DNA of 64,000 nucleotides, from the NCBI GenBank assembly GCA_038087875.1, contig CM075978.1:179800001-179864000 (forward strand), in the 5' to 3' direction. Each line of letters opens with the position of its first letter. Positions within the stretch are counted from its first letter, which is position 1. The stretch is from Malacoraja senta. Its lineage: Eukaryota. The translations under genes were made by a program, and so were the position numbers. Of this stretch, positions 12,181 to 24,829 are shown piece by piece. Below the pieces are notes generated by a model. It saw only the letters and a list, made by a program, of their open reading frames with translations. It had not been told where the DNA came from and ran no database searches.

Positions 12181-12405
12181 TTTACACAAGTTCTGTTATC
12201 CCACTTTGCTCACCCACTCCCTACACATTATTGGCAATTTTACAGAGACAAGTTAACCTACAAAGCCAATGCATCTTTGGGATGTTGGAGGAAACCCACA
12301 CGCTTGCAGGGAGAATGTGCAAATTCAACACCGACAGTGCCCGAGGACAGGATCGAACACAGATCTCTGGCGTGTGAGGCAGCAAGTCTACCAGCTGTGC
12401 CACTA
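12180..12405 (-). mobile_element. V-SINE/HE1-like SINE
   Basis: The reverse complement reads tggcacagctggtagacttgctgcctcacac...tgttcgatcctgtcc, i.e. A/B boxes plus the V-SINE body. Confidence 0.75.
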
Positions 12406-14444
12406 TATTTTGTTTTCCAACACACACAAAATTATACGTTGATAACTTTGGTTACTAAAAACAAGAAACTATTCATTTTCAGTCTTAAATCTCTAAGTGA
12501 CGCTATGTCCCCATTTACAGCTACTGTATGTTTTAATTCATTTCAAGACTATGGGGCAGTATATTGGCCATAAAGTTGCTGCCTAAAAGTGCCAGAGACC
12601 CGGAATTGATCCTGAATATGGGTGCTGTCTGCATGGAGTTTGCTCCTTTTCCCTTTGATCGCATGGGTTTTCTTCCACATTCCAAAGGTGTGCAGGAACC
12701 CATTTCAGACCCAAACCAAAACGTAATATTTTCCTTTTGTCCCGAGATTCTATCTGACCTGTTGTTACTCCAGCTTTGTGTGTCTATCTTCAGTTTAAAC
12801 CAGCATCTGCAGTTCCTTCCTACACACACGATACTATACGATAGAACTTTATTAATCCCAGGAGGGAAATTGTGTGTGTGTGTATATATATTATATACAC
12901 ACACACACATGTATATATATTTATATAGTTATATATTCATATATAAATATACACTGTTTTGTTTATTATGTTTACATATTCTGTGGTGCTGCTGCAAGTA
13001 AGGATTCCATTGTTCTAACTGGTACGTGAGAGAATAAAACACTCTTGACTTACGTTGCTAATGTGTGGGATAGAACTAGTGTACAGGTCGGCCTGGACTC
13101 GGTGGGCCGAAGGGCCTGTTTCCACACTGTATCTTTAATTAAACTAAAAACACTAAAACCAGAGGGAGTCTAAAGAAGGGTCTCTACCCGAAACATCACC
13201 TAATTTCTTCTATTCAGAGATGCTGGCTGCTCCACGGAGTTCCCCCGCACAATTAAAGCATGGGATAGTCTTCACCCGAACATAGTTACCCAACCAGACG
13301 CAACTAACTTTAAGATAGCTCTTTTTTCCCCAAGAACCCTTTTTTGCTTAAGTCCAAGTCAAGAGTCAAGAGAGTTTTATTGTCATGTGTCCCAGATAGG
13401 ACAATGAAATTCTTGTTTGTTGCAGCACAACTGAATAAGTAAACATAATACAGAACAGGAGGTAAAAGTTCAGTGTGTTTATATACCATAGACCATATAT
13501 GCACAATAAATAAACAGATAAAGTGCAATTGGTGTTATTGTTCAGAGTTTGGAGTTTGGTTATGGACCCTCCACCACCTCCAGTTTAAATTCCATTTAGA
13601 ATATTTTTGGAGGACCAGGAAACCAAGAAGCAAGAGTTACTCCAGGGAGTTACTCCAGCTCCACGGAGTGATTCTGCGTTGGTTTTCAGCGGTCGCGGCG
13701 AGGCGACGACCGGACAGCAATGGCGGGCAGATCTCCCACAATGCAAAGGGAGAGAAAAAGTGCCCGGCGCCGACCAGTTGCCATGGCAGTGCGCATGTGG
13801 AGGGCGGCCGATGATGTGCTGGCCGTGGTTGAGCGCATGGGCAGGGGGAGGATGTGCTGGCCGTAGCAGTGTGCATGTGCAAGGCGGCCAGCCGTGCCGG
13901 CGGATGAGGAGCGGCGGAGAGCGGAGAACCGGCGGCCCGGACACGGATATGGATGGCGGGCGAAGACGGAGAGTGACAGAGAGAGAGATAGAGAGGGGGA
14001 CCCACTCAGATTGAACGGCAGGTGTCCCGTGTGCTTGCCAAGCCGGGCAAAATTACACGACTTTTAGGTTGCCCGGCAGGACATTAGGTGGCCATTGGCA
14101 CCCGAGCAACCGTTAATTTTGAGCCCTGGACTGGAAACTGAAAAGTAGGGGAACGCCGTCCCCCTGCGTATCCCCCCCCCCCCCCCACCCCGTTTCCATC
14201 ACTGCCGATGGGCCTGTTTCCGCAATGTTTCTCTAAACTTTACCCAATGTCATTAATCCTACATTAATTCCAGTTTATGCTCCAGACTCTCAACAACCTC
14301 TCTGGAGATTCTATCATTCAACTACACATAGACAATTGGGGCAATTCACAGAGGTCAATTCACAGAGCAATTTACAGCAGTCAATTAACTCACCTACCCA
14401 TTTGTCTTTGGGATGTGGGCGCCCCTAGTGGCTGGCCACTAGGG

Positions 14445-15282
14445 GGCGCTGCATGAAGGCTGCCTCTGCCTACAGTCTGTCCATTTTTTCCATCTTTTAA
14501 AAATTGTTAGTTTGTTTAAAAGTATGTTGAGGAGGTTTCTTTAGTTTTTCTATGTGGGGGAGGGGGGTACGGTAAGGGGGAAACCGTCTCCCAGTCGCTT
14601 CCTGGCGAGGATGCGACTATTCTCCGAGTCGCGTCCTCGCCCCCTTCCTCGCGGCCTACCAACTGGATTGGCACGGCCTTTCCTGCCGGGGACCGGACTA
14701 GAGCTCCAGCAGCGGCGGCGCAGCGCTGGATACATCGCGGAGCGGGCGATGCCTCACCTGAGATCGCTGTTTGAAGCTCCGGAGTGCTGGGCCTGCTGCA
14801 ACAACATCACGGGGCTGTGGTTTGAAGAGCTCCCAGCACGGACGGCGCTGACTCCAACATTGCGGTGCCCTGGGGCCTATTTGCCGAGGGCCGCCAGCGT
14901 GGGTCTCAGCTCGGCGCGGCCCGTGGACTTCGAGAGGAAGTGGCCGATTTGGAGGTCCAAGTCGCAAGGTTGTTCTCCCGTTCCGACATCGTAGTTCCAT
15001 CATTCCGGCGAAAGGGCCTGAGCATCGGGCTACCCGTAGTGGCGACTGCGGAGGGCTCGGGAGGCCACGACCACGGGTGTACATCAAGAAAATCAAAGAG
15101 GAGGATGACTGATCTTTGGGCCTTCCCTCACAGTAGGAAACTTTGATTCCGCTGTGCAGGGGATGTTTATGTTAAAATACTATCGTGTTTTGTTCTCTTT
15201 TTATTCGTATGGCTGTAAGGTGACCCCAAATTTCACTGTACCAATTGGTGCATGTGACAATAAATGTCTCTCTTGAATCTTG
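14445..15282 (+). mobile_element. GC-rich non-autonomous retroposon with a Rex1-like 3' tail
   Basis: Ends 'aaatttcactgtacc...catgtgacaataaatgtctctcttgaatcttga', like the Rex1 tail at 35050-35119. Homologous to 35850-36690 (-). Confidence 0.7.
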
Positions 15283-15644
15283 AAACCGGAGCACTTGGAG
15301 GAAGCCCATGCAGTCACAAGGAAAACACGCAATCTCTACTCAGAGAGAAACTGATAACATAATTGAATCTATGTATCTAATGCAGTCTCTAAAGCAAAAG
15401 AGGAAGTGCTGTAGTCCGTGGGTCAGGCAGCATCTCTGGAGATAATGGATAGGTGATATTTTGGCTCTTCTTCATACTGATTGTGGTGGAAATGGAGATA
15501 AATCCATATCTGCAGTTCCATGTATCTCTAATGCTGCCGTTAGGCTAATCTGTCCTCATTCCATTGTCTTCTCTTTCTGTCCCCTATGTTAGAACAGTGA
15601 GGTTATATTTGCCACCCTACAATCTGTTTGAACTATTCCCTGTG

Positions 15645-16402
15645 AGCCTGTCCCACTTAGGCAACTTTTTAGGGGACTGCGCTGGCCACATGTTCGCCAC
15701 ATGGTTGCCACATGTTCGCTGGTGGTCTCTGGTGAGTCTTCTTCATGGTAGCGAGGAGTTCCAGCATTCTGGGAACTAGTCACGGCCTCAGTATGGTCGC
15801 CGCAAATTTATCAACATGTTGGTCGCCATGGAGAAAATCGATAATCCTGTAGTCGTAGGTGCAGTTGTAGTGGGGTCGCCATGTAGTTATAGGTAGTCGA
15901 GGTAGCCCTAGGTAGTTTTAGTTAATCGCCTTTGCTGACTCATTGGCTATTGGTTATAGGTAGTCGAGGTAGTCCTAGGTAGTTTTAGTTAATCGCCTTT
16001 GCTGACTAATTGGCTCATTGGGGAAAAAAAACGTAAGCATGAGTTTTCAGAGCCAAGGATAACCGACCGGTAATGTTAAATGCCCGCCGTACTTCACAGC
16101 TGTGTGTCTCTGGCTTATTAAAAGTTGTCCGACTTCTTAAAATTGTCTCCACTCCTTCTCACCCCTCTCCCCTCCCCCCCCCTCTTTTAAAGGACTTGCT
16201 AGCCATCTTAACCTTTCTGTTCATCGCAGTGTGTGTCTGTATCACCATGGCTTTGCACCGTGTGAATTTCAGACAGCGCTCCCCCCCGCTTGCCATGGCC
16301 CCTGCCTTTGCCATGTGTTTGTGTGTGTGTTCCACTCTGACAGTCGCCGTTCCAGTTCTTGGTTTTTCAGTCCGCTGAAAAATCGCCTAAGTGGGGCAGG
16401 CC
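15645..16402. mobile_element. PIF/Harbinger-like MITE
   Basis: TIRs gcctgtcccacttaggcaact / aatcgcctaagtggggcaggc. There is an internal ~67-bp tandem duplication at ~15885-16020. Confidence 0.7.
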
Positions 16403-16709
16403 TATTTGTCTGTGGAATTTTAGAAAATGAAACCAATGCATTCACTATTTCCATGGCTACATGGTTTTATGCATTCCGGGGTGTAGATTATTAGGCCTTC
16501 TAGGGTCACTGGCTTTCAGTCACATTAATTTCTCCAGTGTTATGGTTTAAAACAAAACCTTTGATTCAACAATTAGATAAAGAGGTTCAATGAAATGCCA
16601 GCTATAAAGAACAAATATATCTATATTCACAGAAGAGGACACAAGGAATCTCCCAGAAACAGTGGAAGAATCCAGAGTAAATGAGGAGCTCAAAGAACCT
16701 AGCAGCAGT

Positions 16710-17070
16710 TTGGAGGTGGTGCAGTGGCATGCTGAGCAGAACAGCTGCCTCACAGTCCCGGAGACCTGAGTTCAATCCTGACCTCTGGTGCTGTCTGTGT
16801 GAGTTTACACAGACCAGGGTTAATCCTGACTATGGGTGCTGACTGTACAGAGTTTGTACATTCTCCCCGTGACCTGTGTTGGTTTTCTCTGAGATCTTTG
16901 GTTTCCTCGCACACTCCAAAGACATACAGGTTTGTAGGTTAATTGGTTTGGTTTAATAGAAATGTAAAATTATCCCTAGTGTGTGTAGGATAGTGTTATT
17001 GTGTGGGGGTCGCTGATCGGTGCGGACTTGGTGGGCCGAAGGGCCTGTTTCCCCACTAAACTAAACTAAT
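16710..17070 (+). mobile_element. Two adjacent V-SINE/HE1-like SINE pieces
   Basis: ggtgcagtggc...gagttcaatcc B-box. A second body ends in the gggccgaagggcctgttt...(ctaaa)n tail. Confidence 0.75.
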
Positions 17071-20000
17071 ATCAGTGTTTTTACCTCTGATTCCTGCCAG
17101 GCCTGGCTTGAGAGGCCATTCCTATATGTTTATCTAGCTTAGCCTAACATGTATCAATAGACATAAGACAATAGTTGCAGGAGTAGGCCATTCAGCCCTT
17201 CGAGCCAGCACCGCTATTCAATCAGTGTCATGTGTCTCAACTTTTCCCCATGGCAGTAACTTCCTCCCACTTTTGTATGTTTATATTTCCATTTTCAGTT
17301 GGGATAATAAATTTATTTTGCATTTGCCATTTAAGATATAAATACTGCTCTGTTGAGTATGATGTTGAGATCAGTTGTTTTAAATTGGCAGGATGATTTG
17401 GCAAAAAAGAGCCCTGCTGAAAGGTTGAAAAGTTAAAGACAATGAACAAGAAATGCTGGTTCTGCAGCTGATGTGTGGCAATGCAGGAATGTTAAAGCAG
17501 GACAGGAAATGCTAATTCATAATCTTGCTAGATTCACCAGGAGTTACGTAGAAAGCACAGGACAAATATGTCAACTATTTACATAGTACACTTATTTCCA
17601 GTGCTAATCTATCCAGTTCTAGTCAACAAGATGATAGTCAAAAGTGTAAATAAACATGTGTAAAAACGGATGCAAAAATTGTGCTGGGAGCTATGCAAAT
17701 TAATATTGTTCAGTAAATTCCCTGCAGATGGTGCCATTTGAATTATTTGCCATTAACATTATGGCTTTTATGGAAGATGGTATGATTTTGCTCCCTTAGC
17801 AGATGCTTTTCACGCAATGTTAAAGATCTTAGGAGGTTCAGCCCATTCAGTTGGGATGTTTCTGTTGCTGTGAGCCTGGGAGAGTTTTGCACTTGCCCGA
17901 GTGGTTAGCAATGTATTATTACTTTACTACTCCAGCTAGTGCAGTACAATTGCTCAAAGCCATCATTGTGGGTTAACAGCTTCCTGTTGCCTGTAAGGCA
18001 GTGTTCTATTTTTGCAATGCCGATAATATTTGCTGAGGGCCATGTCTGATTTCTCAAGATACTATCTTGAAGATTGCACCTCATGGGGCTGCTTTGTCCA
18101 CTATGAGTACCTGGTTTTGCTACTGCATTGAATTAAGGGTGGTTACACTCTATGTAAAATCTATAAAAAGAGGCTTACAATTATATTGGACTCCAACGCA
18201 TTACTCAAGCTTTCCAGAACATTTCATACAAAGCCTTCAAAAGCTGGGTAACCATTGGCCGATTAGCCTAACTAATACCTGTTGCTGGCAAAAATATTTG
18301 AATCAATTATTCAGGAATTAATAGCAACACGTTTGGGAAATGATAATCTAATCAAGCAGAGTCACCATGGCATAATGAAGGAGAAATTGTGCCTACCAAG
18401 TTCATGAAAGTATTTTGTGCTCTATGATCCCATGGTGGCTAAATAGTTCTTACTAAGCTGTTCTATTCAATCCAATGTGACTGTGACCAAAGCAATGTCA
18501 CCCCTCTTCTACTTTGCCACCTGTATGCAGTCTTTGGCATTGTATCTACACGATATGAATGAAGGCAGAATTCCATCACTTTTGCTCAGCTCAGTGGAGT
18601 CACATCACTTACTTCAGTTTTAATCCATCTGCCTGTGACTAAAGTATCTTAAAAAAATGAGCTCCCACCCCACATCTGCACCATAACTTCTCCTTTTTAT
18701 TCTGCAGGAAATCTCCCTCCCTTGCCTCATCGTCTGTTCACTGCCCTTCTGCTATATTAACCAAAAACAACACAAAGTGCTGGAGTAACTTAATGGGTCG
18801 GGCAGCATCTGTGGAGGGAATAAGTAGGTGGCGTTTGGGGTCTGGACCCTTCTTCAGTTTCAATCCAAAAAGTCACCTAACCTTTCCCTACACAGATGCT
18901 GCCTGACCCGCTGAGTTTCTCCAGCCACTTGTGTTTTGCAACAGCTCAAAAAACATGATCAAGTTAGTAAGACATGACCTGCCACGTACAAAGCCAGGTA
19001 AAGCCAGGTAAACGAGCCCTACCCCTCGTACAAATTATAGTTATGATGGGGTTAAGCTCTTCTCAATATTCTGCAAATTCTCAAACTATTATGAGAAGAG
19101 GTCAGTGATTGTAAAGAGAATGTCAGCGGTTGGCATGATCAGAGACGTTTAAGCACAGTCGGCGTAACGCTTATGATTCCATATTTCTTTATGAGATAAA
19201 AGCAGATCAGTTACACCAATGGCGCACAATGCAATGCCATTCTGCCACTAATCTTTCTCCCAATAATCCCAATAATTCCATTACCCACTAACACTATAGG
19301 CTTCTTCTTCTTCTTCTTGCGTTTGAGGCAGCAGAAGTCTTGGGCAGGGTGATGCCATCCGGTTCGACATCCGTAGGTGTCCGCCCTAAAAAGGGTGCAT
19401 GCTCCGGGTTGGCGCCAAGCTGCGGCGCTGCTGCTGTCTCTGTTTGTTGTCGTTCGCCTGACTGAGGTCAGTTGACAGGGCTCACCACGGGGAGGTCGAC
19501 AACAAGAGCCCCACACTATAGGCAATTTGCAAGGGCAAATTGACCTGGGAAACCACATGTTTTCCAGATGTGTGAGGAAACCAGAGCAGCCTGAGGCAAC
19601 CCATGCAGCTACAGGGAGAATGTGCAGCACCAGAGGTCAGGATTGAAGGTTACTGCAGCTATGCAGTAGCTCTACCAGATGTGCCATCAGGATGTTCTAT
19701 ACCTCATGGTGTTTCCCTGGCCAGGTTATTAGATCTTGTCCAGCACTGAAATCTAATTTTTGAATAAGTTTGAGAGCCTTGGTAACCTACATCCATAACT
19801 GTTTCTGTGGATATTTCATCAGAAGAGTACCTTCCTGCTGTTTTGCACTGGCTTAACCAACACCTTTACTTCTAACCATCAAAGCCCTTTTTCACAACAT
19901 TCTGCAATTGCTGTAGAACAGCTGCAGCAGTCCTCTAGTCAAAACCACAGGCACAGCCAACTATCAAAAACACATCAGCAATCTGCAGAAGTTACACTTC

Positions 20001-20246
20001 TGGAGCAACAGAATCAACAACTTCAAATAAGTGGTCACAAAGTTTAGATAAAGCATTCACACCTCTGAGTGCCAGTGTCACTTCAGTTACTCAGAATTTC
20101 TCATGATTATAAATAATAGAAACATAGAAAATAGGTGCAGGAGTAGGCATTTCGGTCCTTTCAGCCAGCACCGCCATTCAATATGATCATGGCTGATCAT
20201 CCAAAATCAGTACCCTGTTCTGGATATTTCCCCATATCCCTTGATT

Positions 20247-20396
20247 NNNNNNNNNNNNNNNNNNNNNNNNNNNNNNNNNNNNNNNNNNNNNNNNNNNNNN
20301 NNNNNNNNNNNNNNNNNNNNNNNNNNNNNNNNNNNNNNNNNNNNNNNNNNNNNNNNNNNNNNNNNNNNNNNNNNNNNNNNNNNNNNNNNNNNNNNN
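20247..20396. other. Assembly gap (N run)
   Basis: Run of N. Confidence 1.
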
Positions 20397-23300
20397 TGAT
20401 CACAATCCGTACACAGATACCTAATGGTGTTGACTGCCACTCTGTCAGCTAATTGTGACTAACACATTCAGTCAGTAGCAAGACCACAGCAAGTTGCTGC
20501 AACAGAAGAGCTGTTGAATACAGATTGTACTTTGCAATGATGTAAATATTGCATACCAATACCAATCAATATGTTCATCAAAGTTTGATTTAATATTACA
20601 AGTTAAGCTGGCATTACAACAGCATCAAACAATACACACTTAGAGACAAAAGGAACTGCAGATGCTAGAATCTTGGGCAAAAACATTTCAGGTCAGAACC
20701 CTCCCGTGCCCTTACAAAATTTATTAAGGCCTTAAGTGAGGGAATGCATTTGGCTCTTTCCATGGATTTTCAGATAGGTTGGGAAATTAAAAAAAAACTG
20801 GATGAGGGTCAAATCCAGAATTGAAAATCTCCACAAAATTAATGTAAAAGATAATGTATTTGATGATGAGGCTTTTGCAATCATCACTTTGGTTAACATC
20901 AACAGTTCCAACTTAATCCAGAGCAACAGTCTACAGATTAAAGCTATTTTGCAAAGTTAAAATAATCAACATCACATTTGTGTACAAATTCTGATAATTA
21001 TTCTTTAACCTGTTTATATATAATCCTAAAACACTACTTTAATTTTAGAAAATTTGTTTTAATAAACCAAATCTAATCACAATGTTCTGGAAATTGTAGA
21101 TCAAATAGCAGCTACTATAGCAACCGCAAACAAAAGATTAAATTTAATGCACTTTCCGTTGCTTCCATTTTACAATCTCAGACAAAATAAATCCACATCA
21201 GTATCTTTACTGTAAAACGATTCAGACAGTTTTCCTTAATTCAAGATGCACAATGTATGTGCTTAAAGAATATACATAATTTATATTTGTTAAATCCAAA
21301 CTGTGGTTCAAAGCCTGGATTTTCCTTAGTAGGATTCAATGCCTAGTATTTTCCATTGCACTGAACACAATCCTAATCTCAGATGCTGTCTATGTGGACG
21401 AAAATGCTGGAGAAACTCAGCGGGTGAGGCAGCATCTATGGAGCGAAGGAAATAGGCAATGTTTCCTATTTCCTTCGCTCCATAGATGCTACCTCACCCG
21501 CTGAGTTTCTCCAGCATTTTTATCTACCTTTGATTTTCCAGCATTTGCAGTTCCTTCTTAAACATGCTGTCTATGTGGAGTTTGCATGTTCTTTGTGTAT
21601 CCAGGTGGGTTTCTCCAGCTACTATTGTTTACTCAGCATTCCAAAAAAGTGTGGTTTCATCAGTTAATTGAACCTAGTGTGTAAGTTAGTGCTAGAATGT
21701 TTGTTTGTTTGTTTGTTTATACTATTCTTATAACAAATGTAAAGCACTTTGGCCAACGAGAGTTGTTTTTTAAATGTGCTATATAAATAAATGTGACTTG
21801 ACTTGACTTGACTATAATGTGGGTGGGATTGTTGGATATGGGAGGAGAAAGAAGTGGGATGAGTGGATGTAAATGGGTGGTTGATGGTCAGCATGGATTT
21901 GGTGGGTTGAAGGGTCGGTTTCTGAGCTGCATGACTCTATGACTAAACAATTTGGAACCATTTGGCTGGTCTGGACAGCTGAGGCCATCTTGTAGCCAGG
22001 AGATGGGCACCTGTGCATATTGTGGGCCTGGAGCAGTGAATTTGGGTCACATTGGAAGTCACAGAAACACTGCTGTAAGGCATTACCAAGTGGCAAGGTT
22101 CCATCTAACTATTCCATCTGCCAAAGGTTTTAATGCTTAGCAATGATTTGATTATTTAAAAACTATAACAAATAAATAAAAACAGATTTCACAATTGTAT
22201 TTTAAAAAGCAAAAACAAAATTTAAAAAAGCTTAAAACATTAAAGGAGTTCAATGACAGTTAGAATGTAACAACTTTTTCTTTCCATTTTATCAGTCACT
22301 CTCCAACTGAATGAGATCCATCATATTGTGTAACTTGGCCTAGATCTGAGGGCAGATTCCCTGGCAGAAGTCCTGGGGAATTTATGCCATGCCCTGCTCT
22401 ACCATTGAATTATGCACTGCACTGAACTGTATTGAATGGAACTGAGCGTGCAGCCGAGAAATCAATAAAAGGATTTGGCCAGAGAGACTGTAATTTCAGT
22501 TGGAGTCCTAGAACCTGCACATTTACATTGCAGACATCCAAGAAATTCCCTGTTAAATCCTGGCCAAAATAGCTGAGTAATAGTTCATATTTAACTAACT
22601 TAGAGAAAACAACAATAATTCAAATAGTGTCGGGAAGGCTGTACTTATTTTGTTTTATATTCCACATGGTCACCAAAAACAAAGATTATAATGTATTGCA
22701 TGGTCTTTAATTTAACAATTGTAGCTCTGCAAACTGCCACACTTTCACACCTCAAACTGCTCTCCAACTTATTTAGTTTTCTTTTACTGTCTTCCAGTAT
22801 CATCTCTTCCACTTTGTTTCTTCAGGACTCAGCGTAAGCCACCAGTTACATATCTCAATGTGTTGTGTAAGCTTTCATTTAAAGCAGCCTGGCTTTTTGC
22901 TTACATCTTTTTCTACCTGATACAAAGTGGAAACTGTTTCCTTACTGGTGAAACGCTCATATCCATGTTCTCAAAGCTCTGTGGACAGCGAGGCTTGGAA
23001 ATGTATGAAGGGTTCAGTTTTTGACCCTTGATAATGTCCTGAAGTTAAAATGGATGAGCTTAGTTTTAAAACTTTAATAATTTCTTAGCTAACATTAAAT
23101 AATTGACTAAAAGATTAACGGCTGCAGGTGATGCAATACAGGCAAACTTTCCATTTTCTATCTTTGTCTCTGTGCAGCAGCCCTTGTTCACTGTGCGGTT
23201 AATGTCCCCTTTCTGAGAAATTAGTTTCATTTATAGAGGCAAGATTGACCCTCTAAGTGCAACATAGTGAAGCCAACAAAGGGAAACAAAGGAATGCAGA

Positions 23301-24829
23301 GATTGGTTGATTGTACTGTATAAATCATGTTAAGACATTCTGCAAACTCACCAAGCAGATGGGTTTTCACAGCATTTTCTTCTTTTTTTAGGCTTTGTTC
23401 CTTTATTGTTGGAGGGCTGTTTGAGGTGTGAAAGTGTGGCAGTTTGCAGAGCTACAACAGTTACATTAATACTTGTTACTTTCCCTCTCTCCCAGGTGTG
23501 GTCTTGGAACTGTTTTCCTTGTCTAGCAGTGCGTGCACTGGGGGGTCCGATGGGAGCAGGTTGTGGAAGGGTTGTGTTGGCTAATATTGCATATGGAGGT
23601 GTAGAGGGGAGGCAAGCCACTCTCCCACACCCCAACAATTCTGAAGCACCTTAAGGTCAACCATATGCACATACGTGCATGGCTATAATATGCAATGTTT
23701 GTTTTTCTAAAAGCAGTCGGAATACACAGCTTGCAATGGCCTGGATTTTTCACCTTCATTTCCATGCTTTCCTTCTAATATTTGAAGATGGTACAAAGTA
23801 TATTGCAGAGGATGTACTGCACTTGTCAATGACACCAGATGAGGCTCTGACCTCTATACTTACAAATCTCACTATTTTCTGCTCCAATATGTATGCATTA
23901 AAATGCCACAATGTGCATTTTACATCAATTTACATCTTCCATATCAAAGACGTTTCCCCCTGAAAAGTTAAGAGAAAGAAGGGTACATTTCTCATATACT
24001 AGAGAATCTTTTTCTACTCCATTTAATTTGTATTGAAGGAACAAGCAACGCTTTTATTTTTTCAGCAAACTGAACCAGCTGACAGCTGTGCTATCTAAAA
24101 ACAGCTTTGGCTTAAACAGAATCTTGACTCTCTCATTGATAGATTAAACTTCATGAAAACCTCAACCTTTAATTTTACACAGCTAGGACTTGAAACTATA
24201 GCTCACAGAACCGACCGTGGGACTCTAAATGTAACTAACAGATACTTTATAAAGATTTAGCTCTTTTTTCTCTCGACTCTAATTATAATTCAGTGAGCAA
24301 AATTTTTGATCTGTCCTCCAGCTCTCATAGATTTGTGTTCTTACATCCCTTACATTCTCTAACTCCACCACACTTTTAAAGGGTTACCATTTATTTAATT
24401 TTATTTCTCTGCAGACATCCTTCCAAAATTGATCACTGCTCACTTATTTGTGTAACATTTCATTTTCCATATGTCTCTTTACTTCACCAGGCCATCTCTA
24501 ACTATAAGTTTATTACTATACTGCACCTTGTAAACTACAGTTTGGTATTATGTTTTAATTTTATTACCAATCCAGAATATTGATACATATTAAGATGTAT
24601 AGTGATTCTAACACTAGGTCCTGATGGATCCTGTATTCTTCAATTTATTGTAGAAAAGCGACTGGCTATTGCTTAGGCAATTTTGCAACATGCACTTAAT
24701 TCAGAAGGCTTTAATTCTACATCAATTCTTTTATTTGGTATTTTATTAATTTAAAAGTTTGCATGAGCAGTAAAACTCTAGTAATCCAATATATTTGGGA
24801 ATTTGGTAGTGCTATACCTGGCAGATTTT

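Larger units (their letters stand above)
10638..14128 (+). mobile_element. hAT-like TIR element nested in Pack-hAT copy 1
   Basis: Termini CAGGGCTCgcacataac / gttaattttGAGCCCTG, with related subterminal 'ccgggcaa..tttttaggttgcc' motifs at both ends. The TSD is imperfect. It contains Penelope, SINE and Rex fragments. Confidence 0.65.
7934..14204 (+). mobile_element. Non-autonomous hAT-type TIR element carrying an amine oxidase gene fragment (Pack-type), copy 1
   Basis: TIRs CAGTGATGGAAATGGG / CCCGTTTCCATCACTG (15/16). Perfect 8-bp TSD CCGATGGG at 7926-7933 and 14205-14212. The internal sequence is homologous to 38147-42353 on the minus strand. Confidence 0.88.

Noticed and set aside
14554-14994. 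146-192 aa ORFs in GC-rich repeats (also 2741-3319, 35916-36505)
   Set aside because: These are stop-poor frames of the same multi-copy retroposon, and the frames are not conserved between copies.
19700-20100. Protein-like frames on both strands (Q/S-rich on +; 'LALRGVNALSKLCDHLFEVV...' with stops on -)
   Set aside because: No recognisable family, several stops and no consistent splice sites. It needs tBLASTx and cannot be supported by eye.
20730-20990. Frame 'WMRVKSRIENLHKINVKDNVFDDEAFAIITL...'
   Set aside because: It needs a frameshift in an A-run, has no matching splice phase and no recognised homolog.
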